Shown here: in pieces, positions 40,690 through 49,357 of the stretch | How the letters are laid out: every line of letters starts with the position of its first letter | Position numbering within the stretch: the first letter of the stretch is position 1 | Assembly: GCA_001774685.1 (NCBI GenBank) | Contig: MFAS01000001.1 | Span: 9,268-73,267 of the forward strand | Reading direction: 5' to 3' | From: Candidatus Collierbacteria bacterium RIFOXYD2_FULL_45_13 | Lineage (GTDB): Bacteria > Patescibacteriota > Microgenomatia > UBA1400 > MFAQ01 | DNA: 64,000 nucleotides | The notes under the pieces: generated by a model | The model's database searches: none | What the model saw: the letters and a program-made list of their open reading frames with translations, nothing else | What the model was told of the DNA's origin: nothing | Translations under genes and position numbers: made by a program

Positions 40690-40693
40690 TTGG

Positions 40694-41722
40694 TCATCGA
40701 CCGCCTCTGAATCTGCGATCTATACCCTGAATGGCTTCAGCCACGTCAGGCTCTAGCACACCACTCACGATCTTTATCGGTGCTAGCAGTGTTCCCTTTT
40801 TTAATTTTCCAAGTAAAAGCACAGGGAATCCATCCTTGTCGCGGTTTCGGTCAAAGCCACATGGCACAAAACCGAGATTCAGACACTCCATAATACCAGT
40901 CGTATTGGCCGGGCTGGCGCCCAGTGGCACCAGAGTAAACTGAGAACTCGACTCTGCTTCTCTAATAGCCATTTCGAACTTGACTCCAGCTCTGTCTGGC
41001 ACAATCACCGAAAAAGGCAGTTTGTCAGCTACCGTCCACTTCATTTCCTTGGTTGACTCACCCGACCTGATCGACAAATCTCCGCCAAAACTTCTTCTTG
41101 ACATTGCCACCGCAGTTCTCAGGAGCAGCTCACGGCTAGCTCTATCTTCAGGCAAAAATGCAGATAGTCCACAAGGGATTAACTGAGATGAGGAAAAAAC
41201 GAACATTTCTTGCCTATTAGGATTTCCGTGATTAAACGCTGGCACCGCCGCTTGAGGATTCAAACCCAAATGTCTAAAACAAACGATTTGGGTGGCTTCT
41301 CCCGAGGGCACACCACCGAACTCATCCGAAACTCTCACTTCAGCTACCAGTGGGGAATCCGCATTCATCATGTGATGTTGCGCAGCCAACAACATCAACA
41401 GTCCTCCCACCCCGTTTTCCAACGACACGGCCCTTCCCACCTCTACACTCCCATCCGACTGCCTTACCAGTGCCGCCGATCCAATCGGTCTATCGCCTTT
41501 CATCGCAAACCATAGTCTGCAGTTTCCCGATGCAATATCCCGCAAAAGAGAGTCTCTTCTTTTGGTAATTCCGTGTTCAACGTACATGGCAGAAAGTAGC
41601 TGCGTCAACCACTCCGCTTGGATATCTTGTGGCAAATTATCTTCAGGACTAATTATCAATACTTCCTTTGATAACTGCTCGGTTTTTCGCTCTATCACCG
41701 ACTCCACCTGTTCTTTATTCAT
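40694..41722 (-). CDS. Uncharacterised tandem-GNAT-like protein
   Basis: WFAMKGDRPIGSAAL..VEVGRAVS..GVGGLLM and later LGFVPCGF; start moved downstream of the T-box terminator. Confidence 0.6.
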   Translation of the reverse strand: MNKEQVESVIERKTEQLSKEVLIISPEDNLPQDIQAEWLTQLLSAMYVEHGITKRRDSLLRDIASGNCRLWFAMKGDRPIGSAALVRQSDGSVEVGRAVSLENGVGGLLMLLAAQHHMMNADSPLVAEVRVSDEFGGVPSGEATQIVCFRHLGLNPQAAVPAFNHGNPNRQEMFVFSSSQLIPCGLSAFLPEDRASRELLLRTAVAMSRRSFGGDLSIRSGESTKEMKWTVADKLPFSVIVPDRAGVKFEMAIREAESSSQFTLVPLGASPANTTGIMECLNLGFVPCGFDRNRDKDGFPVLLLGKLKKGTLLAPIKIVSGVLEPDVAEAIQGIDRRFRGGR

Positions 41723-41744
41723 ATCATTTAGTTTGTATTTTAAT

Positions 41745-42030
41745 AACAAAAAACCCTGGTCAAACCCCAATAAAATATTGGAATTAGACAAGGGTCTTTT
41801 AACAAGACGGTACCACCTTGTTTCTTCACCCTCTCACGATGGTGAACTTCAAAAGTGCTCTGTTTTCCACTAGGGTGACACACTCATTTTCTATGACGGG
41901 AAAGACCCGGACCTTGTTACCAATGTCTGCTCAGGAGGGTTAATTCAACGAATAAAGTCCGGCTTGCTTTCACCACCCGCAAACTCTCTGTTGTCACCTT
42001 TTTTCGCCTACTACTTCTCCTTCAACGCAT
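41745..42030 (-). promoter_or_regulatory. T-box riboswitch (full-length Stem I, transcriptional)
   Basis: K-turn, AGTA/GAA loop-E, AGAGAG and GGTGAAAG distal loops, CCGTCA box, AAGG-TGGTACC-GTC...GAC-CCTT antiterminator, terminator plus U run; promoter TTGACA-17-TAAATT at 42056-42084. Confidence 0.88.
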
Positions 42031-42105
42031 TTATTAATCTTTTAAAGAATACACAAATTTACCAATTTCATCAGCCCGTGTCAATGGCTGTGTAATTTTT
42101 CTATC

Positions 42106-43323
42106 TTATTTTACCAACTTCAAATACTTCCTCTTCCCTATGCGCACCACGTTTTCACCTTGATTTAGAGGTAGTTCAGCTTCTCCATCAATCCGTTTCT
42201 CGTTCAGATAGATTGCCCCCTCCTTGAGTAAGGTTTTGAACTCCGTGTTGCTAGTCACCAAACCATTGGCCAAGACATAAGCCGCCAGTGAAGCTTCTGC
42301 TCCCAGCACCGGTACTGCAAAATCAACTTTAATCACTGGTGCGTCAGTTCCAGCCATCTTCTCCACCACCGTCTTCCTAAAGTGCTCCTCCGCTAGCGCC
42401 ACCGCTTCATCACCGTGTAGTTCCCGTACGATGATATTTGCCAATTCCTTCTTGAGGTTCATCGGATTCTCTCCTTTTTCCAGACGGGCATTTGCGTCAT
42501 CGATTACCGTTTGCTCAGCATTTGTTCCCATCAGGTAGTATGTGAGTAACACGTCGTCCGCAATCGACATAATCTTGCCATATATCTCTTCAGGTGAATC
42601 CTCGATCCAGATGGCGTTACCCCAAGACTTACTCATCTTGCGACCATCAGTACCGGGTAAAAATCCATTGGCCAAGACAAATGATTCCTTGCCCCTTAGG
42701 TTTTTCTGTAGAGTTCTTCCTGCTTGCATATTAAAAGTCTGATCGGTCCCTCCAAGCTGAATGTCCGTGTCCATAAAGTAGCTGTCGTAGCCTTGCATGA
42801 TGGGGTATAACACTTCCGGCAAACTCACAGGCTTACCTTCAGTCAATCTTTTCTTAATGAGTTCCCTGCTAATAAAGTCATTCAAAGAAAAATTCCGAGT
42901 AAGTTTCAACACATCACCAAAGTTCAGCTTACTCAGCCACTCGCTATTGTGATGCACCTGTACTTTGGAAAAATCCAGAAACTTCGCCGCTTGACTCTTG
43001 TATGTCTGGAAGTTCTCTTCGATCTGTTCGTCGGTCAAAATCGGTCTCTCCGCTTCTTTGTCGGATGTATCTCCCACTTTAGCGGTAAAGTCCCCGATCA
43101 AAAATGTCACGTTGTGACCGAGATCTGCAAGGATCTGTAATTTCCTTAATGGAAAGGCGTGTCCCAGATGGATCCTTGTGGCCGTTGGATCAATCCCTAA
43201 ATAAACATTAAGTTTCTTATCCGAATACAATAATTTACCCAGCTCTACCCGGCTGGGAATAATATTTTCAACTCCCCGAGTCAAAAAACTCTCAATTAAT
43301 TCTTTCTTACTTGCTTCATCCAT
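42106..43323 (-). CDS. tyrS: Tyrosine--tRNA ligase
   Basis: GIDPTA..IHLGH, YPIMQGYD, GGTDQTFN, KMSKS, C-terminal S4-like domain. Confidence 0.96.
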   Translation of the reverse strand: MDEASKKELIESFLTRGVENIIPSRVELGKLLYSDKKLNVYLGIDPTATRIHLGHAFPLRKLQILADLGHNVTFLIGDFTAKVGDTSDKEAERPILTDEQIEENFQTYKSQAAKFLDFSKVQVHHNSEWLSKLNFGDVLKLTRNFSLNDFISRELIKKRLTEGKPVSLPEVLYPIMQGYDSYFMDTDIQLGGTDQTFNMQAGRTLQKNLRGKESFVLANGFLPGTDGRKMSKSWGNAIWIEDSPEEIYGKIMSIADDVLLTYYLMGTNAEQTVIDDANARLEKGENPMNLKKELANIIVRELHGDEAVALAEEHFRKTVVEKMAGTDAPVIKVDFAVPVLGAEASLAAYVLANGLVTSNTEFKTLLKEGAIYLNEKRIDGEAELPLNQGENVVRIGKRKYLKLVK

Positions 43324-43353
43324 GGATATATTCTAACACTCTCTTGTGAGCCT

Positions 43354-45327
43354 CTACTCCACTCCCTGTTCATCCAGAATTTGCTTCACCGTCAGTCCTC
43401 TGGCTAACCCGTCTCTCAATATCGGCCAAATTTTATTCGCCACCACCATCTTCGGCCTTCTCACTTTTGTTTTATCTATTATTCCTAGTTCTAACAATTG
43501 CTTTACTGAATAAACATCAAAACCGTTAACAAAAAGAACTTCTTCCATGCCCTGGCTTACAAGTGATTCAGCGACCTTTTTTTGTTCAAGATATTTTAGT
43601 TGATCGGTGGTTGTTACCCTCCCCGATTTATCATCGAGTGAGGTGTGTTCTCTCAACAACCTCATCGCTCTATCATACGCATACTCGAACACTTGACCAT
43701 ATATGTCACCATCTCTAAATACATCTTGTTTACTTTTACCTAATCTTTTTGCCCTGATATTAAAAAATAAATCTAGACAGTCCCTAAAAGTTCCTCCCTT
43801 TTTTCTTAGTTCTATACCCTGAAGATATATGTTTTCAGGATAATTATCGTTACCCGTAATCCGTTTCATGGTGACATCTTCAACATACTTCGCTCCTGCT
43901 TCTTCTAGCACCTCATCTCTACCGCCAGCAGGGTACCTCTTCATTATTGTGAGAGGTAAATCTACAGCATCCCAATTTCTATGGGACAGCAAATGTCCTT
44001 CGATCTCGTGAGCAACCCCGGTGAGGTAAGCTACTAGATCTTTCTTTGATGACTTTGGTATATAAAGGATAGCTCTTTTCTTCGTGTAAGCCATGCCCAT
44101 TTTGCTTTGCGCCGATTTTCTCTTCAGTACATCACAGTCTATAAATCCATACTCTTTCAAGATCCATTGCGCTATTCTTATTTCATCGTCGCTTGTCATG
44201 TCTACTTCCAAAGTCGGCTCAGTTTGACTGGAGGCATCAATATCCCTAACGATTTCATTTATTCTTTCGGTCAGTGCCACTCTATTTCCCCTTTTGTCGA
44301 ACTCTTCACCCACTCCATGCAAAAATCTGTCATACCGTTCCATCCTGGCCGGATTTATGTCAAATATTTCCTTTCCGTCCTTTCCGGAACCAATCCACAA
44401 GAGCATATCATCTGCCAGTTGCTTATTAATATACTTCCGGTAAATGTCCAGAATAAAAACCTTTGCCAATTCTAAGTCATCAGATCCTTGTTCATATTCT
44501 CTTGTCATGTTTTGAATTTCTCTCTTCATCAACCTCAATCCATCCAGCCTTTCTAAATTTCTCTCAGGGTGGGTTAGTTTGCAAAGTTTGTTCAAATTCT
44601 CAATCCGACCCAAGTCTCCGTTGTTATCACGAAAATCCTTACTTGTCTTTTCTCTTGCCCATTCGTCTGTAAACCAATGAATCCGAAGTCTCCATGACAA
44701 ATGTATTGATTTCGGATCAAACTTTTCAAAGGCTTCTCTTACCTCTTCTTCTTCAATTTCACCGTCATCATATTCAAAAGTTCTTTTTATTTCCACTTCC
44801 TCTCCTCTTTCTTCGGACACAATTTTGCTAAGTTTATTAAAATTTATTTCTGCTCCACTTTTCAACTGACCGCTCTCAAAAATATCCTGAAACGTGGCCT
44901 CTCTCATCTCACGCTTAAGCTTCTTCCTCTTTGCTTTTATCTCACCATCATCTTCTGAACCCTTATCCGTGTCTTCTGAGTCTTCGTCTTCCTCATCGTC
45001 TTTTTTTTCACTAGGAATCCCCACACTTTCAAAGATTTCATTCATCCAAGCATGAAGTTCAGTTCCTTGCTTATACATTAGCTCCACCATCGCCTTTCCC
45101 ACACCAGACCGTAAAGCCGCTGGATATACGTCGTGAGTATTTATTTTTATTTTCTTGATTCTTTGGAGCTTTTCAAACAGCTTCTCCTCAAAATCAAGTA
45201 GCTCTTTTTTCTCTTTCTCGCCAAGCACCAGCGGTTCCTGCGGCTCAAAGGCTCCTTCTTGCTCCACAAAGGACGAAGCCCTCAAAGGATATGGAAAAGC
45301 TGGTCCTCTTTCAATTTGGTATGCCAC
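43354..45327 (-). CDS. DUF1704/MATCAP-like HExxxH metallopeptidase-domain protein
   Basis: VAHEIEGH, EEAGA (compare QEGLA), DQLKYL; long acidic/helical N-terminus. Confidence 0.6.
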   Translation of the reverse strand: MAYQIERGPAFPYPLRASSFVEQEGAFEPQEPLVLGEKEKKELLDFEEKLFEKLQRIKKIKINTHDVYPAALRSGVGKAMVELMYKQGTELHAWMNEIFESVGIPSEKKDDEEDEDSEDTDKGSEDDGEIKAKRKKLKREMREATFQDIFESGQLKSGAEINFNKLSKIVSEERGEEVEIKRTFEYDDGEIEEEEVREAFEKFDPKSIHLSWRLRIHWFTDEWAREKTSKDFRDNNGDLGRIENLNKLCKLTHPERNLERLDGLRLMKREIQNMTREYEQGSDDLELAKVFILDIYRKYINKQLADDMLLWIGSGKDGKEIFDINPARMERYDRFLHGVGEEFDKRGNRVALTERINEIVRDIDASSQTEPTLEVDMTSDDEIRIAQWILKEYGFIDCDVLKRKSAQSKMGMAYTKKRAILYIPKSSKKDLVAYLTGVAHEIEGHLLSHRNWDAVDLPLTIMKRYPAGGRDEVLEEAGAKYVEDVTMKRITGNDNYPENIYLQGIELRKKGGTFRDCLDLFFNIRAKRLGKSKQDVFRDGDIYGQVFEYAYDRAMRLLREHTSLDDKSGRVTTTDQLKYLEQKKVAESLVSQGMEEVLFVNGFDVYSVKQLLELGIIDKTKVRRPKMVVANKIWPILRDGLARGLTVKQILDEQGVE

Positions 45328-45424
45328 AGATATATTCTACAACCTTATAAGTCAAAGGAGCATAACTAGGCTCTTCATTTACTATTTGCCGTCCTTAAAA
45401 TCCGATTGCATCTTCCTTATCAGA

Positions 45425-45631
45425 TTAACCGACCGACTCTTCTTGATTTTGTTGTGAGTTACGCAATGCCACCAAAAATGTCTCTTGTGTATCAAAACCA
45501 TTCATTACCCGCACACGGTCATCCATGCCCATGTCTCCAGAAACTTTTTCATCTGCTTCTCCCATCATGTCTGGCAACCTCATACCGAAGTGTTCACTCT
45601 TTGCTGGTATAAACGACTCGCTTTTTTCCAT
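45425..45631 (-). CDS. Hypothetical small protein
   Basis: TGnTACAAT 6 nt before ATG. Confidence 0.5.
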   Translation of the reverse strand: MEKSESFIPAKSEHFGMRLPDMMGEADEKVSGDMGMDDRVRVMNGFDTQETFLVALRNSQQNQEESVG

Positions 45632-45643
45632 GATTGGATTGTA

Positions 45644-46777
45644 TCAAAGTTGTGAAACCATCAATCTTTTAATTTCTTCCACATATTTTTCCGGCTCCAA
45701 AAATGGTCCCGCATGAGGACTATTTTCAATTACCGAAACCTCCAAATTCGCTTGTCTTTTTCTGAGATTTCCTAAATTTTGTGAGTTAAATACATCTGCT
45801 GATTCAGTGACTTCATCTTGTCCACCAGAAACCACAGCTAGCCTACCTCGATTTTTGAATCGACCAAAAGTCCCATTCACGTTATCCCGACAAACCTTTT
45901 TCCCCAATTCAACCCAAGTACCAAACTTGATTTTCTTTTGTTCATCCTTGCTTTTATCATCCACAAAAACATATTTAGGCAGATCTTTAAGAAATTTAAG
46001 TAAGTTTAGATTCTCACGGACCATTCCACTTCCAAAATCTTTCTCACTTATATCCTTCGATCCTCCAGGACACATCAAAACTGCATTATTTACTCTGTTT
46101 TCCCTAGTCAAAAAGTTCTCGGCAACCCCACCCCCCGCCGAATACGCCAGCAAATCAAAATCTCCCACAGGAACCAGTTTGTTAATCGCATTTTCAAAAT
46201 AAATACTGTGTGGTTCAAAGTCTTCAGCCTTCTTAACCGCATCAAAAAATTCAGGCGTCTCAAATCCACTAGGCGCGTCTGGATATCCAATCAATAATAT
46301 TTTCCGATTTGGTATTTCTCTGGCCAACTCTCTCACAAAACTATCCATACTTTCTATACCATTACTCGCACCAGGAATGATAACAATTGGTAGTTCTTCT
46401 GTTTCAATTTCCTTGTTCAAAACCACATATTTTGCTCTTTGAACACCCCAGGGAGTTTCTACCTCCAAATCTTGCTGCTCAACAAACTCTCTTTCAATTC
46501 TTATTTTATCCTCGTAATCACCCATAGACTTACTTCTTTCATCCGAGCCAATTTCAGTTTTCCTCGCCTCTTTTGCCTTTCTGTACAAGTCCGCCCTCTC
46601 TCTTCTCATTGGAAAAGTAACTCGTTTTTGACCTAGCTTTTCAGTCGCCAATCCAAACCAATACCAGAAGTTGCCTATCGATTTTTCAATTACCGGCTCT
46701 GCCGAATACTTTTCTCCACCAGCCATGACCGGCCTAGCAGCATCTTCTTCGGAAATTGGACTAATATTTTCAGGCAT
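45644..46777 (-). CDS. Alpha/beta hydrolase-fold protein
   Basis: IIPGA, AYSAGG, SGGQD, SPH; TATAAT 6 nt before ATG at 46777. Confidence 0.75.
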   Translation of the reverse strand: MPENISPISEEDAARPVMAGGEKYSAEPVIEKSIGNFWYWFGLATEKLGQKRVTFPMRRERADLYRKAKEARKTEIGSDERSKSMGDYEDKIRIEREFVEQQDLEVETPWGVQRAKYVVLNKEIETEELPIVIIPGASNGIESMDSFVRELAREIPNRKILLIGYPDAPSGFETPEFFDAVKKAEDFEPHSIYFENAINKLVPVGDFDLLAYSAGGGVAENFLTRENRVNNAVLMCPGGSKDISEKDFGSGMVRENLNLLKFLKDLPKYVFVDDKSKDEQKKIKFGTWVELGKKVCRDNVNGTFGRFKNRGRLAVVSGGQDEVTESADVFNSQNLGNLRKRQANLEVSVIENSPHAGPFLEPEKYVEEIKRLMVSQL

Positions 46778-46784
46778 ATCTGGA

Positions 46785-48581
46785 TTATACAGACCTCTCC
46801 TTATCTTCCTTAATAACTTTCTCGGCAAAATCGGACAGTGACATGGATCCCAAATCCTTTTGACCTCTTGCTCTCACGGACACCTGTCCGCTTTCCGCTT
46901 CCTTCTCACCCAAGATTAGCATATACGGCACTTTTGATGCTTCGGCATTTCGGATTTTTTTGCCGAGAGAATCTGCGTCGCTATTTAGCTCTACCCTTAA
47001 ACCCTTCTCTTTTAACTCCTTAACAATTTTTTCAGAATACGCCATTGTTTTCTCGGACACTGGCAATGCCGTTACCTGAATAGGTGATAACCATACCGGA
47101 AATGCCCCAGCATAATGTTCGATTAAGACCATCATTGCTCTCTCCGCAGAGCCCAGGATAGCCCTATGGAGCATCACAGGGTGTTTCTGTTCACCATTCT
47201 GATCGGTATAGACCAAGTTAAATCTTTCCGGCATTACATAGTCTATCTGCAACGTAGACAGTTGCCACTCCCTGCCCAGCGCATCCGTTGCCACCAAATC
47301 CATTTTTGGAGCATAAAAGGCCGCTTCCCCGGGACCATCATAGTATGGAATATTATTTCTCTCCATGATCTCCACCGCCCACTTTTCGACCCTATCCCAC
47401 ACAGCAGGGTCACCCAGGTATTTTTCGGGATGGTCCACATCCCTCGTCGACAATCTGTATTTATATTTAAAACCAAAAGTATCCATCACTTTCTTGGTCA
47501 TCTGCAAAGCTACATCAATTTCGACGTCGACCTGATCCTCCCGGCAAAAGATATGGCAATCGTCTTGCGAAAAAGATCTCACCCGGCCGAGCCCCGAAAG
47601 TTCTCCCGGTTTCTCGTCACGGTAAAGCATAGCAAAGTCCGTTAATCGCAAAGGAAGATCCCGGTAACTTCTTGGTTGCGCCGCATAAATCTGGGTGTGC
47701 TGTGGGCAGTTCATCGGTTTTAGGAACATTTCTTCGTCGGAGTAATTGGACACCACCCGGAACATGTCGCCTTTATATTTGTCATAATGCCCGGAAGTCT
47801 TAAACAGATCGGCCTTCGCAATCTGCGGTGTCCAAACTTGATAGTAACCTTGAGCCGCTTGTACCGACTCCACAAACTCAGTTAGTTTCCTTCGAACAAA
47901 GGCTCCTTTGGGGGAATACAAAGGTAGTCCACTTCCCACTAAATCCGAAAAAGAAAACAGATCCATTTCTTTTCCCAGTTTCCGATGATCTCTTTTCTTC
48001 GCTTCGTCCAATTGCCACATATATTTATCCAGCTCCTCTTGTGTGGCAAACGCCGTTCCATAGATCCTCGTCAGCATCTTATTTTTCTCGTCCCCATGCC
48101 AATAAGCTCCAGCAACAGACAGTAGCTTAAATGCTCCAATCTCCGATACAGAATCCAGGTGCGGTCCGGAACACAAATCCTCGTCGATCACTTTCCCGTT
48201 TGGCAAAGTCATTTGATAGGTCGAAAACTTCTCACCGCGACCAGCAATCTCCTCCACCCACTCCATCTTGTATGGGTTTCCCGCAAAGATTTTTTTGGCT
48301 TCATCGGCCTCAATCTCCCGCCGCACCATCTTCGACTCCGACTTTATTATCCTGGCCATTTCTTTCTCAATCGCCGGAAAGTCTGCTTCGGTTACCTTGT
48401 CATCCAAATCAAAATCAAAATAAAAACCCTCATCCGTCGCCGGCCCCATTGCCTTTTTCAGATTGGGGTAAAGCTTCTGCATCGCCGTATGCAAAACATG
48501 CTCCGCGGTATGCCTGAGCTTCAGCGTATCCTGCTTACTCTCATCCATTTTTATATATTTATCGTCCAGTTTTTTCGACAT
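46785..48581 (-). CDS. thrS: Threonine--tRNA ligase (no N-terminal TGS domain)
   Basis: RHTAEH, DLCSGPH, RDHRKLG, KPMNCP, RVRSFSQDD, HRAILGS. Confidence 0.97.
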   Translation of the reverse strand: MSKKLDDKYIKMDESKQDTLKLRHTAEHVLHTAMQKLYPNLKKAMGPATDEGFYFDFDLDDKVTEADFPAIEKEMARIIKSESKMVRREIEADEAKKIFAGNPYKMEWVEEIAGRGEKFSTYQMTLPNGKVIDEDLCSGPHLDSVSEIGAFKLLSVAGAYWHGDEKNKMLTRIYGTAFATQEELDKYMWQLDEAKKRDHRKLGKEMDLFSFSDLVGSGLPLYSPKGAFVRRKLTEFVESVQAAQGYYQVWTPQIAKADLFKTSGHYDKYKGDMFRVVSNYSDEEMFLKPMNCPQHTQIYAAQPRSYRDLPLRLTDFAMLYRDEKPGELSGLGRVRSFSQDDCHIFCREDQVDVEIDVALQMTKKVMDTFGFKYKYRLSTRDVDHPEKYLGDPAVWDRVEKWAVEIMERNNIPYYDGPGEAAFYAPKMDLVATDALGREWQLSTLQIDYVMPERFNLVYTDQNGEQKHPVMLHRAILGSAERAMMVLIEHYAGAFPVWLSPIQVTALPVSEKTMAYSEKIVKELKEKGLRVELNSDADSLGKKIRNAEASKVPYMLILGEKEAESGQVSVRARGQKDLGSMSLSDFAEKVIKEDKERSV

Positions 48582-48593
48582 ACATTTAGTATA

Positions 48594-48707
48594 TGCATTT
48601 TGAATTGGTACAGAAGACTAGTCAACAACCGCACGCAGGCGGGACCCGGTACTCCAGGGAGATCCGAGTACGGTTTTGACGGGCTTCGAACCAAGTATCA
48701 AAATGCA
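48594..48707. repeat. ~110-nt structured intergenic element, copy 2
   Basis: Shared core; outer stem TGCATTTTGA/TCAAAATGCA; GTCAA/TTGAC covariant. Confidence 0.85.
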
Positions 48708-48714
48708 GATTAAT

Positions 48715-48848
48715 AACAAAAAACTACCTTCTTGCAGGAACCCTTGTGGGGTGGTTCCATCCTGCTTGCGGTAGCCTCTTAATGGGAGCGTTGGTGCCCC
48801 TGACCTGTTCCTCCGGGTTGGTAATCCATCACCGAAACAATTCAACTA
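48715..48848 (-). promoter_or_regulatory. T-box riboswitch with ultra-short Stem I, Thr (ACC) specifier
   Basis: GTTTC-GGTGATGG-ATT ACC AA-CCCGGA-GGAAC; GCAGGA-TGGAACC-ACCC..GGGT-TCCTGC; U run; TGnTAGAAT -10 at 48854-48859. Confidence 0.75.
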
Positions 48849-48897
48849 GTCTTATTCTAGCACTTTTTTGACTAGCCTCAACCACGTGCCTAGACAC

Positions 48898-48926
48898 TTG
48901 ACTTTTCATGCTATAGGGTGTATACT
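48898..48926 (+). promoter_or_regulatory. Sigma70-type promoter
   Basis: TTGACT-17 nt-TATACT. Confidence 0.6.
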
Positions 48927-48979
48927 CAGCCTCACATTTCCATTTAACAATCTATATTCATTGCCAAAGGAGGCAAGGT

Positions 48980-49315
48980 ATGTCAGCAGGAATGAACGCA
49001 AGTGACTTCTATTTGCTTCCACCTCAAGAGCAACTTCCCTGTTTTCTCAGCTTCTTGAGGAATGGTAAGAACAAAGACAAAAGCCCGTTCCCATGCAAAG
49101 TTACCCTACGCGGAAAAGGAACAGTTCCTCTTGGTTCGAGCAAAAACACAATCACCGGGGCTCAAATCAAGGGCGAATTCATTGTAATATCGCTCAAATC
49201 ACCCGCTTGGGGCCAACAGAGGTACGAAGTCTTCTTCTACAACGGGAAACCCTACTGCCGCATTCCAGACGCTCAAGGAAGAGGCATTGATCCCGAGTTC
49301 ACACTCGAACTGTAG
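48980..49315 (+). CDS. Hypothetical protein (111 aa)
   Basis: Promoter, AAGGAGG SD and downstream terminator. Confidence 0.7.
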   Translation: MSAGMNASDFYLLPPQEQLPCFLSFLRNGKNKDKSPFPCKVTLRGKGTVPLGSSKNTITGAQIKGEFIVISLKSPAWGQQRYEVFFYNGKPYCRIPDAQGRGIDPEFTLEL

Positions 49316-49329
49316 CACCAACCGGCAAC

Positions 49330-49357
49330 AAAAAGACTCCCACATGGGAGTCTTTTT
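49330..49357. terminator. Bidirectional terminator
   Basis: AAAAAGACTCCCA-ca-TGGGAGTCTTTTT. Confidence 0.75.
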
